DNA of 41,376 nt from Betaproteobacteria bacterium (GTDB lineage Bacteria > Pseudomonadota > Gammaproteobacteria > Burkholderiales > Burkholderiaceae), in contig JABMMT010000177.1 of the NCBI GenBank assembly GCA_013205155.1, positions 1-41,376 of the forward strand. The letters are read 5' to 3'. The position numbers and the translations under genes were made by a program. The notes beneath the pieces are model-generated. The model was not told the DNA's origin. It was given only the letters and a program-made list of their open reading frames with translations, and made no database searches. The first letter of the stretch is position 1; the number at the start of each line of letters is the position of its first letter. Positions 1 through 9,215 of this stretch are shown in pieces.

Positions 1-48
1 ATATTTGATCAAGCGGCAAAAACTTTTTTGAAAAATCTTGCGTAAAGG

Positions 49-79
49 TTTGCGAAGAATAATGATTGGACTATTTTTG
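49..79 (+). promoter_or_regulatory. Bacteroidetes-type promoter (TTTG-N19-TAnnTTTG) upstream of tRNA-Asp
   Basis: TTTG at 49-52, 19-nt spacer, TATTTTTG at 72-79; fits the Bacteroidetes -33/-7 consensus. Confidence 0.5.
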
Positions 80-132
80 TCCTCGCTTCAAAGGAAGTGA
101 AACGGGTCTGTTTCGGCAGCTTGTTTAGAATT

Positions 133-209
133 GGTCTGGTAGTTCAGTTGGTTAGAATATCTGCCTGTCACGCAGAGGGTCGCGGGTTCGAGTCCCGTCC
201 GTTCCGCCA
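133..209 (+). tRNA. tRNA-Asp (GTC) with mismatched acceptor stem
   Basis: D-arm TAGTTCAGTTGGTTAGAATA, anticodon arm TCTGC-CTGTCAC-GCAGA, T-arm GCGGG-TTCGAGT-CCCGT, ends GCCA; acceptor strands GGTCTGG/CCGTTCC pair poorly. Confidence 0.93.
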
Positions 210-217
210 GATTCAGT

Positions 218-244
218 AAAAAAGCCCGAGCAATCGGGCTTTTT
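218..244. terminator. Intrinsic terminator after the tRNA
   Basis: AAAAAAGCCCGA-GCAA-TCGGGCTTTTT perfect hairpin with A and T tracts. Confidence 0.9.
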
Positions 245-257
245 CTACACTATTTGT

Positions 258-500
258 ATGCCCAATCCAAAAAAATCTGCCCCTATTAAAGTCCTCTTGG
301 TAAAAAGAAACAAGGGCGATAATTATTTAGAGCGAACTCTGATTGAGGACATACTTGAGGCTAATAAACATATCGGAGAGCATATCGACTCATTAACACG
401 AAGATCTACACTCATTCAGGAATATTTAATCGCGATACACCCCGAGGTTTCTATTAGGACGATTCGAAGAATTCTCACTAAGGATGTCGATAAAACCTGA
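258..500 (+). CDS. Small hypothetical protein, possible C-terminal helix-turn-helix-like segment
   Basis: 80-aa ORF with ATG start; TACACT 6 nt upstream; C-terminal HPEVSIRTIRRIL; followed by a terminator. Confidence 0.55.
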   Translation: MPNPKKSAPIKVLLVKRNKGDNYLERTLIEDILEANKHIGEHIDSLTRRSTLIQEYLIAIHPEVSIRTIRRILTKDVDKT

Positions 501-540
501 GGGATATAAGTTTCATCAAAATATATGTAGATGATCTAAT

Positions 541-567
541 AAAAAGCCCCAAGAAAGAGGCTTTTTT
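541..567. terminator. Bidirectional intrinsic terminator
   Basis: AAAAAGCCCC-AAGAAA-GAGGCTTTTTT between convergent genes. Confidence 0.75.
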
Positions 568-585
568 CCTGCAGGTAGTTGGGGG

Positions 586-1197
586 TTATTTCTTCTTAGG
601 CGTTGTAATAGAAGCTGCCATGGCATCAAAATAAACCACCTTAACTTGTTCTCCGACGGTCACATCAGCTAATAGAGCAGGGTTCTTCACGGTGACAGTT
701 GTTATATTACCGCTTGGCCCTTTAACGGATACCAATTTTTTATCACGGTCTACGCCAACGATATCTGCAATGATCGTGGTGGTGTTGGCTATAACCTCAG
801 AAGGTTTTTCATTAGGCTTAGAGTTTGTAACCGTACTAGTTTCTACTTTGCTACGAATGCCAGTACTCTTTGTTTTAATAAGCTCTATAGCAACAGCTGT
901 TTCATAGCTTACATTTACACGATCACCTTTTTTGATTTGTGCAAAATTAGTAATTTCTGGTCCAGCAACAAACTTAGACTCACCCTCTTTGTTTTTGAAA
1001 GTGATTGTGCGAGTTTTTGGATCAGTTTTTAGAACTTCACCTTCATATAGTTGATAACGGTTATCTGTTATAGCTGCATCAATAACTATTGGTTTAGATC
1101 CGGCTGTATCAACTGGTTTAGTCTGTGCCATCAAAGTAGAAGTTCCTCCGATTAAAGCTGCGAGGGTGAAAGCGATCTGTCTAAATTTGATATTCAT
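586..1197 (-). CDS. Exported hypothetical protein with two tandem beta-barrel (OB/CusF-like) repeats
   Basis: Signal peptide ending LMA-QT; two similar units (GEVLKTDPKTRTITFK..IKKGDRVNVSY and ADIVGVDRDKKLVSVK..VTVGEQVKVVY); AGGGA upstream of ATG. Confidence 0.75.
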   Translation of the reverse strand: MNIKFRQIAFTLAALIGGTSTLMAQTKPVDTAGSKPIVIDAAITDNRYQLYEGEVLKTDPKTRTITFKNKEGESKFVAGPEITNFAQIKKGDRVNVSYETAVAIELIKTKSTGIRSKVETSTVTNSKPNEKPSEVIANTTTIIADIVGVDRDKKLVSVKGPSGNITTVTVKNPALLADVTVGEQVKVVYFDAMAASITTPKKK

Positions 1198-1345
1198 TAT
1201 TTCCCTTGTAATTAATTACTTTTATTCTAAATACTAGTCTAATTTGGTAATTAATAGCGTTTTTAGTGATGATGTAGTTGTTGTGCGGATTGTAGACATA
1301 TTTGTTAATATCATTCTTTTGAAATATCTAAATAAAAAGGTTCAA

Positions 1346-2137
1346 ATGCCAAAGCTAGCGGCCAATCTCACCATGCTCTTCAATGAGGTTCCATTTATGG
1401 AGCGCTTCGAAAAAGCAACAAATGCAGGTTTTAAAGCTGTTGAATTTCTCTTTCCATACGCTTTTTCTGCAAACGAAATTAAGCAAAAGCTAGAGCAATA
1501 TCAGCTTAAATTAGTTCTTAATAATTTACCTGCGGGTGACTGGGATGCTGGGGAGCGGGGAATCGCTTGTTTACCAGAACGGGTTGAGGAATTTCGCTCA
1601 GGTGTTGCCAAAGCCATTGAATATGCCCATATTTTAGGTACTCCACAGCTCAACTGTCTTGCAGGCAAAGCTCCCGCTGGAGTCGAACCTAAAATACTAC
1701 GTGATACATTTATTTCAAACCTTCAATTTGCCGCTAATGAGCTTCAAAAAGTAAATATTCGATTGCTAATAGAGCCAATCAATACTTTTGATATTCCCGG
1801 TTTCTTTTTATCCACTACTAAGCAAGCGATTGAGATTCTCAATGAAGTAAATTCAAGCAATTTATTCGTTCAATATGATATCTATCATGCGCAGCGCATG
1901 GAAGGGGAACTTGCTAATACGATCGAGAAGTATTTATCTAAAATTGCTCATATTCAATTAGCAGATAACCCAGGACGGAATGAGCCTGGTACAGGCGAGA
2001 TCAATTATTCCTATCTATTTAAATTGATCGATCGCTTGGGATATCAGGGATGGATTGGTTGCGAATACAAACCCTTAAGTAATACTGAATCTGGTTTGGG
2101 TTGGATTCAATCTATTCAATCATTTAAAAATAACTAA
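1346..2137 (+). CDS. hyi: Hydroxypyruvate isomerase
   Basis: Start corrected to MPKLAANLTMLF; motifs VEFLFPY, IEPIN, YDIYHAQRMEG, HIQLADNPGRNEPGTGEINY, GWIGCEYKP. Confidence 0.93.
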   Translation: MPKLAANLTMLFNEVPFMERFEKATNAGFKAVEFLFPYAFSANEIKQKLEQYQLKLVLNNLPAGDWDAGERGIACLPERVEEFRSGVAKAIEYAHILGTPQLNCLAGKAPAGVEPKILRDTFISNLQFAANELQKVNIRLLIEPINTFDIPGFFLSTTKQAIEILNEVNSSNLFVQYDIYHAQRMEGELANTIEKYLSKIAHIQLADNPGRNEPGTGEINYSYLFKLIDRLGYQGWIGCEYKPLSNTESGLGWIQSIQSFKNN

Positions 2138-2146
2138 GGAGACTTT

Positions 2147-3052
2147 ATGAGTAATCAAAAAAAGCTTGGCTTTATCGGCCTAGGAATTATGGGCGCACCT
2201 ATGGCAAACCATCTAGTCAACGCAGGATATGAACTCTTTATCAATACCCGTAGTAAAGTCCCAGAAATATTGGCAAAGACGAAAGCAGTTCAATGCCCAT
2301 CACCTCAGGCAGTAGCTGAGCAAGCAGATATCATCTTCATCATGGTTCCAGATACGCCTGATGTGGAGAGGGTATTGTTTGGTGACAAAGGAGTTGCATC
2401 CGGCCTTAGTAAAGGCAAAGTGATTGTGGATATGAGTTCTATTTCTCCTATATCCACTAAAGAGTTTGCCAAGAAAATAAATGCTCTTAGCTGCGACTAC
2501 TTGGATGCTCCAGTTTCTGGTGGCGAAGTTGGCGCTAAAAATGCTACGCTTTCTATCATGGTTGGCGGAGATGAAAAAGTTTTTGAAACTATCAAGCCTA
2601 TTCTTGATTTAATGGGTAAGAATATCAACCTTGTAGGCAAAAATGGAGATGGACAAACAGCCAAGGTCGCAAATCAAATTATTGTTGCCTTGAATATTGA
2701 AGCGGTAGCGGAGGCACTATTGTTTGCCTCAAAAGCGGGTGCAGATCCTGCGAAAGTACGTCAAGCCCTGATGGGTGGGTTTGCGAGCTCGAAAATATTA
2801 GAGGTACATGGTGAGAGGATGGTTAAAAGAACATTCGATCCTGGATTTCGTATTGAGTTGCACCAAAAGGACTTGAATCTTGCTCTTAACAGCGCACGTG
2901 TTCTTGGCGTATCGCTTCCAAATACGGCTACTGCGCAGGAATTGTTTAACTCATGCGCTGCTCATGGTGGTAAAGCATGGGATCACTCGGCAATGGTTAA
3001 GGCGCTTGAGAAGCTGGCCAACTTTGAAATAGGTCAAGAGTCTAAGATTTAA
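2147..3052 (+). CDS. glxR: 2-hydroxy-3-oxopropionate (tartronate semialdehyde) reductase
   Basis: GFIGLGIMGAPMA, DAPVSGGEVGA, KVANQIIVALNIEAVAEAL, FDPGFRIELHQKDL; RBS AAGGAG. Confidence 0.93.
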   Translation: MSNQKKLGFIGLGIMGAPMANHLVNAGYELFINTRSKVPEILAKTKAVQCPSPQAVAEQADIIFIMVPDTPDVERVLFGDKGVASGLSKGKVIVDMSSISPISTKEFAKKINALSCDYLDAPVSGGEVGAKNATLSIMVGGDEKVFETIKPILDLMGKNINLVGKNGDGQTAKVANQIIVALNIEAVAEALLFASKAGADPAKVRQALMGGFASSKILEVHGERMVKRTFDPGFRIELHQKDLNLALNSARVLGVSLPNTATAQELFNSCAAHGGKAWDHSAMVKALEKLANFEIGQESKI

Positions 3053-3054
3053 AT

Positions 3055-3642
3055 ATGCCATCAACCTTATTAGTCTATTTACATGGATTTCGGTCTTCTC
3101 CGAGATCTAGTAAGGCTCTCAAGACTGGTGATGCTGTGAGGGCGCTATCGAATAAAGAAAATACAATCGAGTGGTACTGCCCTCAACTATTTGCATCCCC
3201 AAAGCAAAGTATGGGTATGGTCACCAACTATATTGATCAGTCTGGAGCCGATAGCATCGTGATTATTGGATCCTCCTTGGGTGGTTTTTACACTAATTAT
3301 TTAGCTGAGAGATATGCTTGCAAGGCCGTCGCTCTAAATCCCGCGGTAAGGGCTGCTCGAGAATTGGCCCCACATGTTGGAATGCTTACCACATACGATA
3401 CTGATGAGCCCTTTGATTTTCGTCCCGAATACATTGATGAGTTAAAAGTACTTCAGGTTGAGAAAATTACCAGTCCTGAGCGATATTTTTTGATTGCTGC
3501 CAAGGGTGATGAGCTTCTGGACTGGAAAGAGATGGTTGAGTTCTATGAAGGTGCCAATCAACTGGTTCTAGACGGGAGTGATCATGGTATTGCTGACTAT
3601 GGAAATCACCTACCCAAGATCTTAGAATTCATATCTAAATAG
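3055..3642 (+). CDS. YqiA/YcfP-family alpha/beta esterase
   Basis: YLHGFRSSP, GSSLGGF nucleophile elbow, LNPAV, GDELLD, GSDH. Confidence 0.88.
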   Translation: MPSTLLVYLHGFRSSPRSSKALKTGDAVRALSNKENTIEWYCPQLFASPKQSMGMVTNYIDQSGADSIVIIGSSLGGFYTNYLAERYACKAVALNPAVRAARELAPHVGMLTTYDTDEPFDFRPEYIDELKVLQVEKITSPERYFLIAAKGDELLDWKEMVEFYEGANQLVLDGSDHGIADYGNHLPKILEFISK

Positions 3643-3722
3643 GTAATTGATTGCCGAGCACATCTTCTGTAAAATTATATAAACGATTGAAGCCCTTATG
3701 GCCCATCTAGAAAGGAGAGATT

Positions 3723-4304
3723 GTGCTGAGTATATTAAAGCTAGACGCCGGTGGAATTCCGCAGGGTTGGGTTAATGCCGAAGAGGCAACCAAGCACTAT
3801 GCGGACAATAGCGTTTTTTGGACATTAGGTGATCCCATTTTCAGGATGCGTGGCGGCATTTCAAGAATGAGCGGCCAACAATCCATTATTGATCTTCATT
3901 CAATTATTGCCATCAATGGTAGCTCTAAAATTAATCTTTTTGATGTAGTTCCAGCGATCACCAAACACAAACTATTTAAACGTGATCGTGGACTCTGTGC
4001 TTATTGTGGCGATGCCATTCATGAAAGTCAGGCTGAAGCAGAGCATATTATTCCCAATAGTCGTGGTGGCAAATACAACTGGATGAATTTAGTCATCTCT
4101 TGTAGACCTTGCAATCAACGTAAAGGTAATCGAACTCCAGAAATCGCTGGAATGGGTTTACTTTACACGCCATATCAACCTAGTCTCTATGAGGATATGA
4201 TTTTAAAGGGTCGAAATATTTTGGCTGATCAAATGGATTTTTTAGCAGCAAATCTGCCAAAAAATAGCCGTTTATTAGATTACTCTATCTGTTCACCAAG
4301 TTGA
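3723..4304 (+). CDS. HNH endonuclease (McrA-like)
   Basis: RDRGLCAYCG, EHIIPNSRGG, NLVISCRPCNQRKG; RBS AAAGGAG before GTG. Confidence 0.88.
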   Translation: MLSILKLDAGGIPQGWVNAEEATKHYADNSVFWTLGDPIFRMRGGISRMSGQQSIIDLHSIIAINGSSKINLFDVVPAITKHKLFKRDRGLCAYCGDAIHESQAEAEHIIPNSRGGKYNWMNLVISCRPCNQRKGNRTPEIAGMGLLYTPYQPSLYEDMILKGRNILADQMDFLAANLPKNSRLLDYSICSPS

Positions 4305-4330
4305 CGCAGTTTGATTCAAATCTTCGCCAT

Positions 4331-5311
4331 ATGAAGTCAATATGGGTGGTGATAGCTGCCTTAGGCCTTTCTTTATTAGGTCACCTTGTGCTCTATTTTG
4401 GAATTCCTTTTTTAACTTTATCTACAGGTACAGAGATTCCAGAGGATCTGATTATTAAAACTGAACTTCGAGTTGAGCCCCCAAAAAAGATTCAAACATC
4501 TAAGACACCACAGAAAAAGCCTTCCCAGGCTAATCAAAATCAATCTTTAGAGGAGGATCCAAATGCTCTTAATGCAGGCTCCCTAACTGCAGGCTCCCTA
4601 ACTGCAGGTACTAATCAAGAAGGGGGTGCGGATCAAAAGGGCGCTCCCTTTAGACTTCCACAATCAGCAATTATCTATTACGACTCTTTTCTGGATGGGC
4701 AACAGTTTCAAGCTGGTCAAATTGACTGGGAGGTTATTGGTAACAACTATCGCCTCTACATCAATATTCCCTATGCTTTTGTTGGTCCTTTTGTTTTTGA
4801 ATCTAGAGGTACTGTTGATGCCTACGGAATTGCTCCTTCAATCTATTGGTCCCAAAGAGGAACCCGAAATCCAAGATATTCACGTTTTGATAGAAATGAA
4901 AAAGGGGGAGGGCAGATGTATTTCTCTGAAAAACCTGAATTCACTCCTGAAATTATTCCTGGTACCCAAGACCGCTTTAGTTTAATGTTTCAGCTAGCTT
5001 CCTTGCTGAACGGAGATAACAAAATAGATGAGGCAGGGAGCATACGTTCCATACCTGTAGTTGACTACAACACCCTAGAAATGTGGCAATTCAAGAGTTA
5101 TGGGGAAGCTATTACAGAGGATGTACCTAACCTTGGAAAGACGACCATTAGACATTACGCATTGATGCAAAGAGAAAGTAATCCCTATAAACGCCAAGTT
5201 GATATTTGGCTCGCAAAGGATTTGGAATGGTTGCCAGGTCGCATCAGATCTCAAGAATCTAACGGAAGAGTTTTAGAGTTGGTATTTAAGCAAAAAGCCT
5301 CAATTAACTAG
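4331..5311 (+). CDS. DUF3108-family membrane-anchored protein
   Basis: N-terminal transmembrane segment (GLSLLGHLVL), low-complexity linker, GTQDRFSLMFQL, DIWLAKDLEWLPGRIR; ATG at 4331 preferred over TTG at 4301. Confidence 0.78.
   Translation: MKSIWVVIAALGLSLLGHLVLYFGIPFLTLSTGTEIPEDLIIKTELRVEPPKKIQTSKTPQKKPSQANQNQSLEEDPNALNAGSLTAGSLTAGTNQEGGADQKGAPFRLPQSAIIYYDSFLDGQQFQAGQIDWEVIGNNYRLYINIPYAFVGPFVFESRGTVDAYGIAPSIYWSQRGTRNPRYSRFDRNEKGGGQMYFSEKPEFTPEIIPGTQDRFSLMFQLASLLNGDNKIDEAGSIRSIPVVDYNTLEMWQFKSYGEAITEDVPNLGKTTIRHYALMQRESNPYKRQVDIWLAKDLEWLPGRIRSQESNGRVLELVFKQKASIN
4573..4608 (+). repeat. 15-bp in-frame tandem repeat, 2.4 copies
   Basis: TGCAGGCTCCCTAAC twice plus TGCAGG, encoding AGSLT-AGSLT-AG. 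Confidence 0.92.
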
Positions 5312-5843
5312 AGCTTGAGTTAACACTCGCAGTCCGACTCTTATCAATTAATGAACTCAACATATTAAATAAGGCAGCACCTGACATTGAGGCCGCGAAA
5401 ATGCCTGTAAATGCAATAATGATGGGTAAGATACGCCAATTCTTTTCTAATTGGTACGATCCGAATCCAACAGTTGTATACATCTCTCCAGCAAAATAAA
5501 ATGCTTCAGCATTGCTAGTAAAGATTTTTAGTCCGATCAGGGCATAAGTCCACATGAAGATGTCAGAAAAATGCCCAATGATTACCAGCAGAATAGAAAT
5601 GAAATATGAAATGACGGCAGCTATACGGAATGCATGTAAAAAATCCTTTGTCATATGCCGTTTATCGCTAAGCCATTCAACTAACTTATGGAAGCAAAGC
5701 ACCACTAACATGATATATATGCCATGCAATACCAGCATGCCGGTTGCAAAAACAATAATCCAAAAGTATTGCGTATTTCCAATATCAGCATTTAGCTGAC
5801 TAACCAGCTGATTTAGGGTGGGTAGATAGTTAAATACTTCCAT
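5304..5843 (-). CDS. Small potassium-channel-family (Ion_trans_2) membrane protein
   Basis: Hydrophobic helices; pore helix and filter AFYFAGEMYTTVGFG, then WRILPII inner helix. Confidence 0.78.
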   Translation of the reverse strand: MEVFNYLPTLNQLVSQLNADIGNTQYFWIIVFATGMLVLHGIYIMLVVLCFHKLVEWLSDKRHMTKDFLHAFRIAAVISYFISILLVIIGHFSDIFMWTYALIGLKIFTSNAEAFYFAGEMYTTVGFGSYQLEKNWRILPIIIAFTGIFAASMSGAALFNMLSSLIDKSRTASVNSSSS

Positions 5844-5923
5844 AAAAGTATCAATAGCTATATGTATATGGGATTAATTTCTTATTTGACATAATAATGA
5901 TTATACGCAATAAGTAATAATGG

Positions 5924-6625
5924 TTAATTAGGTATAACCAAGTTAACTGGTCCTTTATAGGCTTGTTTATATAGCTTTAACCATCTAGATCTGAGGCCCT
6001 CACTGATGGCAGGCTTGTTGTATATATCCGCAATGTCAATTGCACTGAAACCTGCTTCATTACGCAATTGAAGATTAGAGCCTTTGTCCAATAAGAGTTT
6101 GACAAGATAATCGTTACCAGACTGGACTGCCATCATTAAAGGGGTTGTGCCACCTAGACTTAATGAGTCAACTATTGCGCCATTAGCCAGTAAAAACTGT
6201 GCAACATCCAAATGGCCTTTTGCACAAGCGTAATGAAGCGGCGTCCAGCTAATATGATCCAACTGTGCCCGATTTTTTAATACTAAGGTCTGCACCAGAG
6301 GCAGGTCACCATTAATTGAAGCCATCATTAAGGGGGTTTCGCCATTTTTATCAGATAAATCTACATCCATATCTTTTGCACTCAAAAGGACCTCTATAAC
6401 TGCATAAGATCGATCTCTAATAGCTAAAACCAACATAGGATTGCCGTTACTATCGACGGTATTAGGATTGATTCCCTTACTAAGAAGCAATTTAACTTCT
6501 TTCACATCATTAAATTTGGCTGCCTTTGCGAAATCTAAAATTTGAGCATCAGACTGAGCTAACACGTTTGTAATATGCAATAGCATAAACAAAAAAGGAA
6601 TAATATATTTAATATTATTATTCAA
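5924..6625 (-). CDS. Exported ankyrin-repeat protein
   Basis: Signal peptide; repeats GETPLMMA, WTPLHYAC, GTTPLMMAV. Confidence 0.9.
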   Translation of the reverse strand: MNNNIKYIIPFLFMLLHITNVLAQSDAQILDFAKAAKFNDVKEVKLLLSKGINPNTVDSNGNPMLVLAIRDRSYAVIEVLLSAKDMDVDLSDKNGETPLMMASINGDLPLVQTLVLKNRAQLDHISWTPLHYACAKGHLDVAQFLLANGAIVDSLSLGGTTPLMMAVQSGNDYLVKLLLDKGSNLQLRNEAGFSAIDIADIYNKPAISEGLRSRWLKLYKQAYKGPVNLVIPN

Positions 6626-7413
6626 GATAAGTTTCTATCTATTTGAAAACATTGAAAAAAATTGTTAGAAGTGTGATCAGCGAACTTTTCTACTGGGATA
6701 TTTTTCAAATCGGCAATATATTCCCCTACTTTAGCCACCCATGCAGGCTCGTTGGTCTTGCCTCGATAAGGAATTGGGGCCAAATAGGGTGAATCTGTCT
6801 CAATCATCATTCGATCTATTGGCACCCTTTTACATGTCTCTTGTAGATCTTTGGCACTTTTAAAGGTCACAATTCCAGAAAAGGAAATATAAAAACCCAT
6901 GTCCATGGCAGCCTTAGCAACTTCGTAACTTTCTGTAAAGCAGTGCATAACTCCACCAATTTGATCTGCGCCCTCCTCTTTGAGGATGCGAATGGTGTCT
7001 GCTGAAGCAGAACGAGTATGGACAATCAGAGGCTTTCTGGATGCTATTGCAGCACGAATATGGGTTCTAAAACGCTCTCTTTGCCATTCGAGAGAATCAT
7101 AGCTTCGATCTGCCATTCTGAAATAGTCAAGGCCGGTTTCTCCAATTGCTACTATCTTTGGATATCTAGCCGCAGTTTCTACTAAAAATTCAAGGCTCGG
7201 TTCAGGTGTATCTTCATAGTCGGGATGAACGCCAACAGATGCATAAAGATGGGGGTGGTCTTGCGCAAGCTTCAATACATTAGGAAAATCGGGCAAATCT
7301 ACCGATATGCAAAGGGCATGATCTACTTGAGCAGCTTTCATATTCGCCAATATCTCGGGAAGGCGTGTCTGAAATTCTGGGAAATCGAGATGACAATGGG
7401 AGTCTATGAACAT
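6622..7413 (-). CDS. tatD: TatD-family DNase
   Basis: DSHCHLD, VGVHP, IGETGLDY, HTR, GVMHCFT, ETDSPYLAP. Confidence 0.95.
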   Translation of the reverse strand: MFIDSHCHLDFPEFQTRLPEILANMKAAQVDHALCISVDLPDFPNVLKLAQDHPHLYASVGVHPDYEDTPEPSLEFLVETAARYPKIVAIGETGLDYFRMADRSYDSLEWQRERFRTHIRAAIASRKPLIVHTRSASADTIRILKEEGADQIGGVMHCFTESYEVAKAAMDMGFYISFSGIVTFKSAKDLQETCKRVPIDRMMIETDSPYLAPIPYRGKTNEPAWVAKVGEYIADLKNIPVEKFADHTSNNFFQCFQIDRNLS

Positions 7414-7431
7414 GATTGCTTATTTTACTTC

Positions 7432-8568
7432 TTAACCCTCAAAAACTTGTTGGTACAGAGAAAGTAAAGCCTCAAGTTGAACCCTAGTCGCTAAGGGGTG
7501 ATTTTCATGACGACGATATTGAACGAGAGATTTCCAAAACTGTAATAACTTTGGAATTCGTACATGTTGGGCAAGTGATTTGAAGGCTTCCAAATGCTTT
7601 GGATAGTATCTTGGAATACCACCTTGAGTAACCGCCTGCAAGTCAGATGTCCAGCGCTGCATCGTTGCAAGAAGCACTGAAAATTGTGCTTTATGAATTT
7701 TCTCAGCTGCCTCAAGCCATTGAATACGAGCTCCTAGTGACATAGATTGGAGCAAAATTCTGGATGCTTGAATAGAAATAGTTAGCTCATCTTTATCATC
7801 TTGATTATGACGGGCCACCAATGAATCTAATACGGCGTAAGGTGCCCCACCCTGTTCGTCATAAATAGAGTCAATATCAGAGGCGTTAAATTTAGCCCCA
7901 GAAATATTTTCAAGCTGAGATTGAAGCCATTGAATACCTATGGACCTATCAGGTCTGGACGCCGCAAGGAGTCGACAACGAGAACGGATAGTGGGGATCA
8001 CGCGATCTAAGCGATCAGCCAGCAAAATGAATATTGTATTAGGAGGCGGTTCTTCAAGTGATTTCAGTAAAGTATTTGCAGAGTCATGTCTCAAAGACTC
8101 TAATGGATAAATCAGGATGACACGATTTCCACCTCGATGTGATCCTATTGAAAGGTGTTCAATCGCTTTACGTATTTCTTCAATCGCAATATTTTTCTTT
8201 TCCTTTTTTTCGCCTGAATCTCCATCACCATCATCAAACGTAAGCTTACCTTTTTTAACAGCCTCATCACTTTCATAGAGAGCATGGGGCAATAGTTTAC
8301 GATGCGTCTCGGGAACCAATGCGATAAAGTCTGGGTGATTTGCACTATCAAACCAATGGCAAGCCTCACATTGCTTACAAGGCTTAGGCGCATCAAGCCC
8401 CTCACAGAGTAATGTTTTGGCTAGTTCCACAGCAAATTGAAATTTACCAATGCCTGCCTGCCCATGTATTAAGACTGCACTTGGAAAGTTATGCAGATCA
8501 AGGCTTTCCCTTAAGGAGTCTAGCCACGGTGCGGTTTGATTTTTCTCAGAATGGAAAAGTTGATTCAT
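7432..8568 (-). CDS. holB: DNA polymerase III subunit delta'
   Basis: GQAGIGK, C-x2-C-x2-C zinc motif, HPDF, ANTLLKSLEEPP, PTIRSRC; lies between tmk and tatD. Confidence 0.93.
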   Translation of the reverse strand: MNQLFHSEKNQTAPWLDSLRESLDLHNFPSAVLIHGQAGIGKFQFAVELAKTLLCEGLDAPKPCKQCEACHWFDSANHPDFIALVPETHRKLLPHALYESDEAVKKGKLTFDDGDGDSGEKKEKKNIAIEEIRKAIEHLSIGSHRGGNRVILIYPLESLRHDSANTLLKSLEEPPPNTIFILLADRLDRVIPTIRSRCRLLAASRPDRSIGIQWLQSQLENISGAKFNASDIDSIYDEQGGAPYAVLDSLVARHNQDDKDELTISIQASRILLQSMSLGARIQWLEAAEKIHKAQFSVLLATMQRWTSDLQAVTQGGIPRYYPKHLEAFKSLAQHVRIPKLLQFWKSLVQYRRHENHPLATRVQLEALLSLYQQVFEG

Positions 8569-9207
8569 CTATAAGTTAATTCTTAAGTCTTTTAGGCCAT
8601 TCCAAATTGACTCTTGTGTTTGAGTAGCATCAACTAAATGAAAACGTTTTGGATTTTCTTTTGCACGGCGCAGGTATTCTTGACGAACACGTTCAAAAAA
8701 CTCGAGATCCATTTTTTCAAACTTATCTGGCGCCCGTACCTTTGACCTTCTCGCTTCAGCTATAGAGCCTGGTAAATCAAACAATATAGTGAGATTAGGC
8801 TGTAAAAGAGCACCTTTTTCTCGTCCTTGTACCCAAAACTCCAATTCATTGAGCTTAGTAAGGCTTAGGCCGCGTCCTCCCCCCTGATATGCAAAGCTTG
8901 CGTCGGTAAAACGATCTGAAATCACAATTTTTCCCGCTTTGAGAGCTGGTTCAATTACTTGTGCAAGGTGTTCACGGCGTGCAGCAAACATTAATAAAGC
9001 CTCGGTCTCCAAATCCATTGGGGACTCAAGTAATAGATTTCTAAGTTGCTCGCCCAAGAGAGTTCCGCCTGGCTCTCTTGTCATGATTACTTCTTGATCA
9101 GGATAGCGGTCCTGTAAGAGTTTACCGAATGCATCAATATGGGTGCTTTTCCCTGCACCATCTATGCCTTCAAAACTTATAAAGTAACCAGGAAATATCG
9201 TGCTCAT
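8569..9207 (-). CDS. tmk: Thymidylate kinase
   Basis: [34 protein letters not shown]. Confidence 0.97.
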   Translation of the reverse strand: MSTIFPGYFISFEGIDGAGKSTHIDAFGKLLQDRYPDQEVIMTREPGGTLLGEQLRNLLLESPMDLETEALLMFAARREHLAQVIEPALKAGKIVISDRFTDASFAYQGGGRGLSLTKLNELEFWVQGREKGALLQPNLTILFDLPGSIAEARRSKVRAPDKFEKMDLEFFERVRQEYLRRAKENPKRFHLVDATQTQESIWNGLKDLRINL

Positions 9208-9215
9208 GGAATTAT

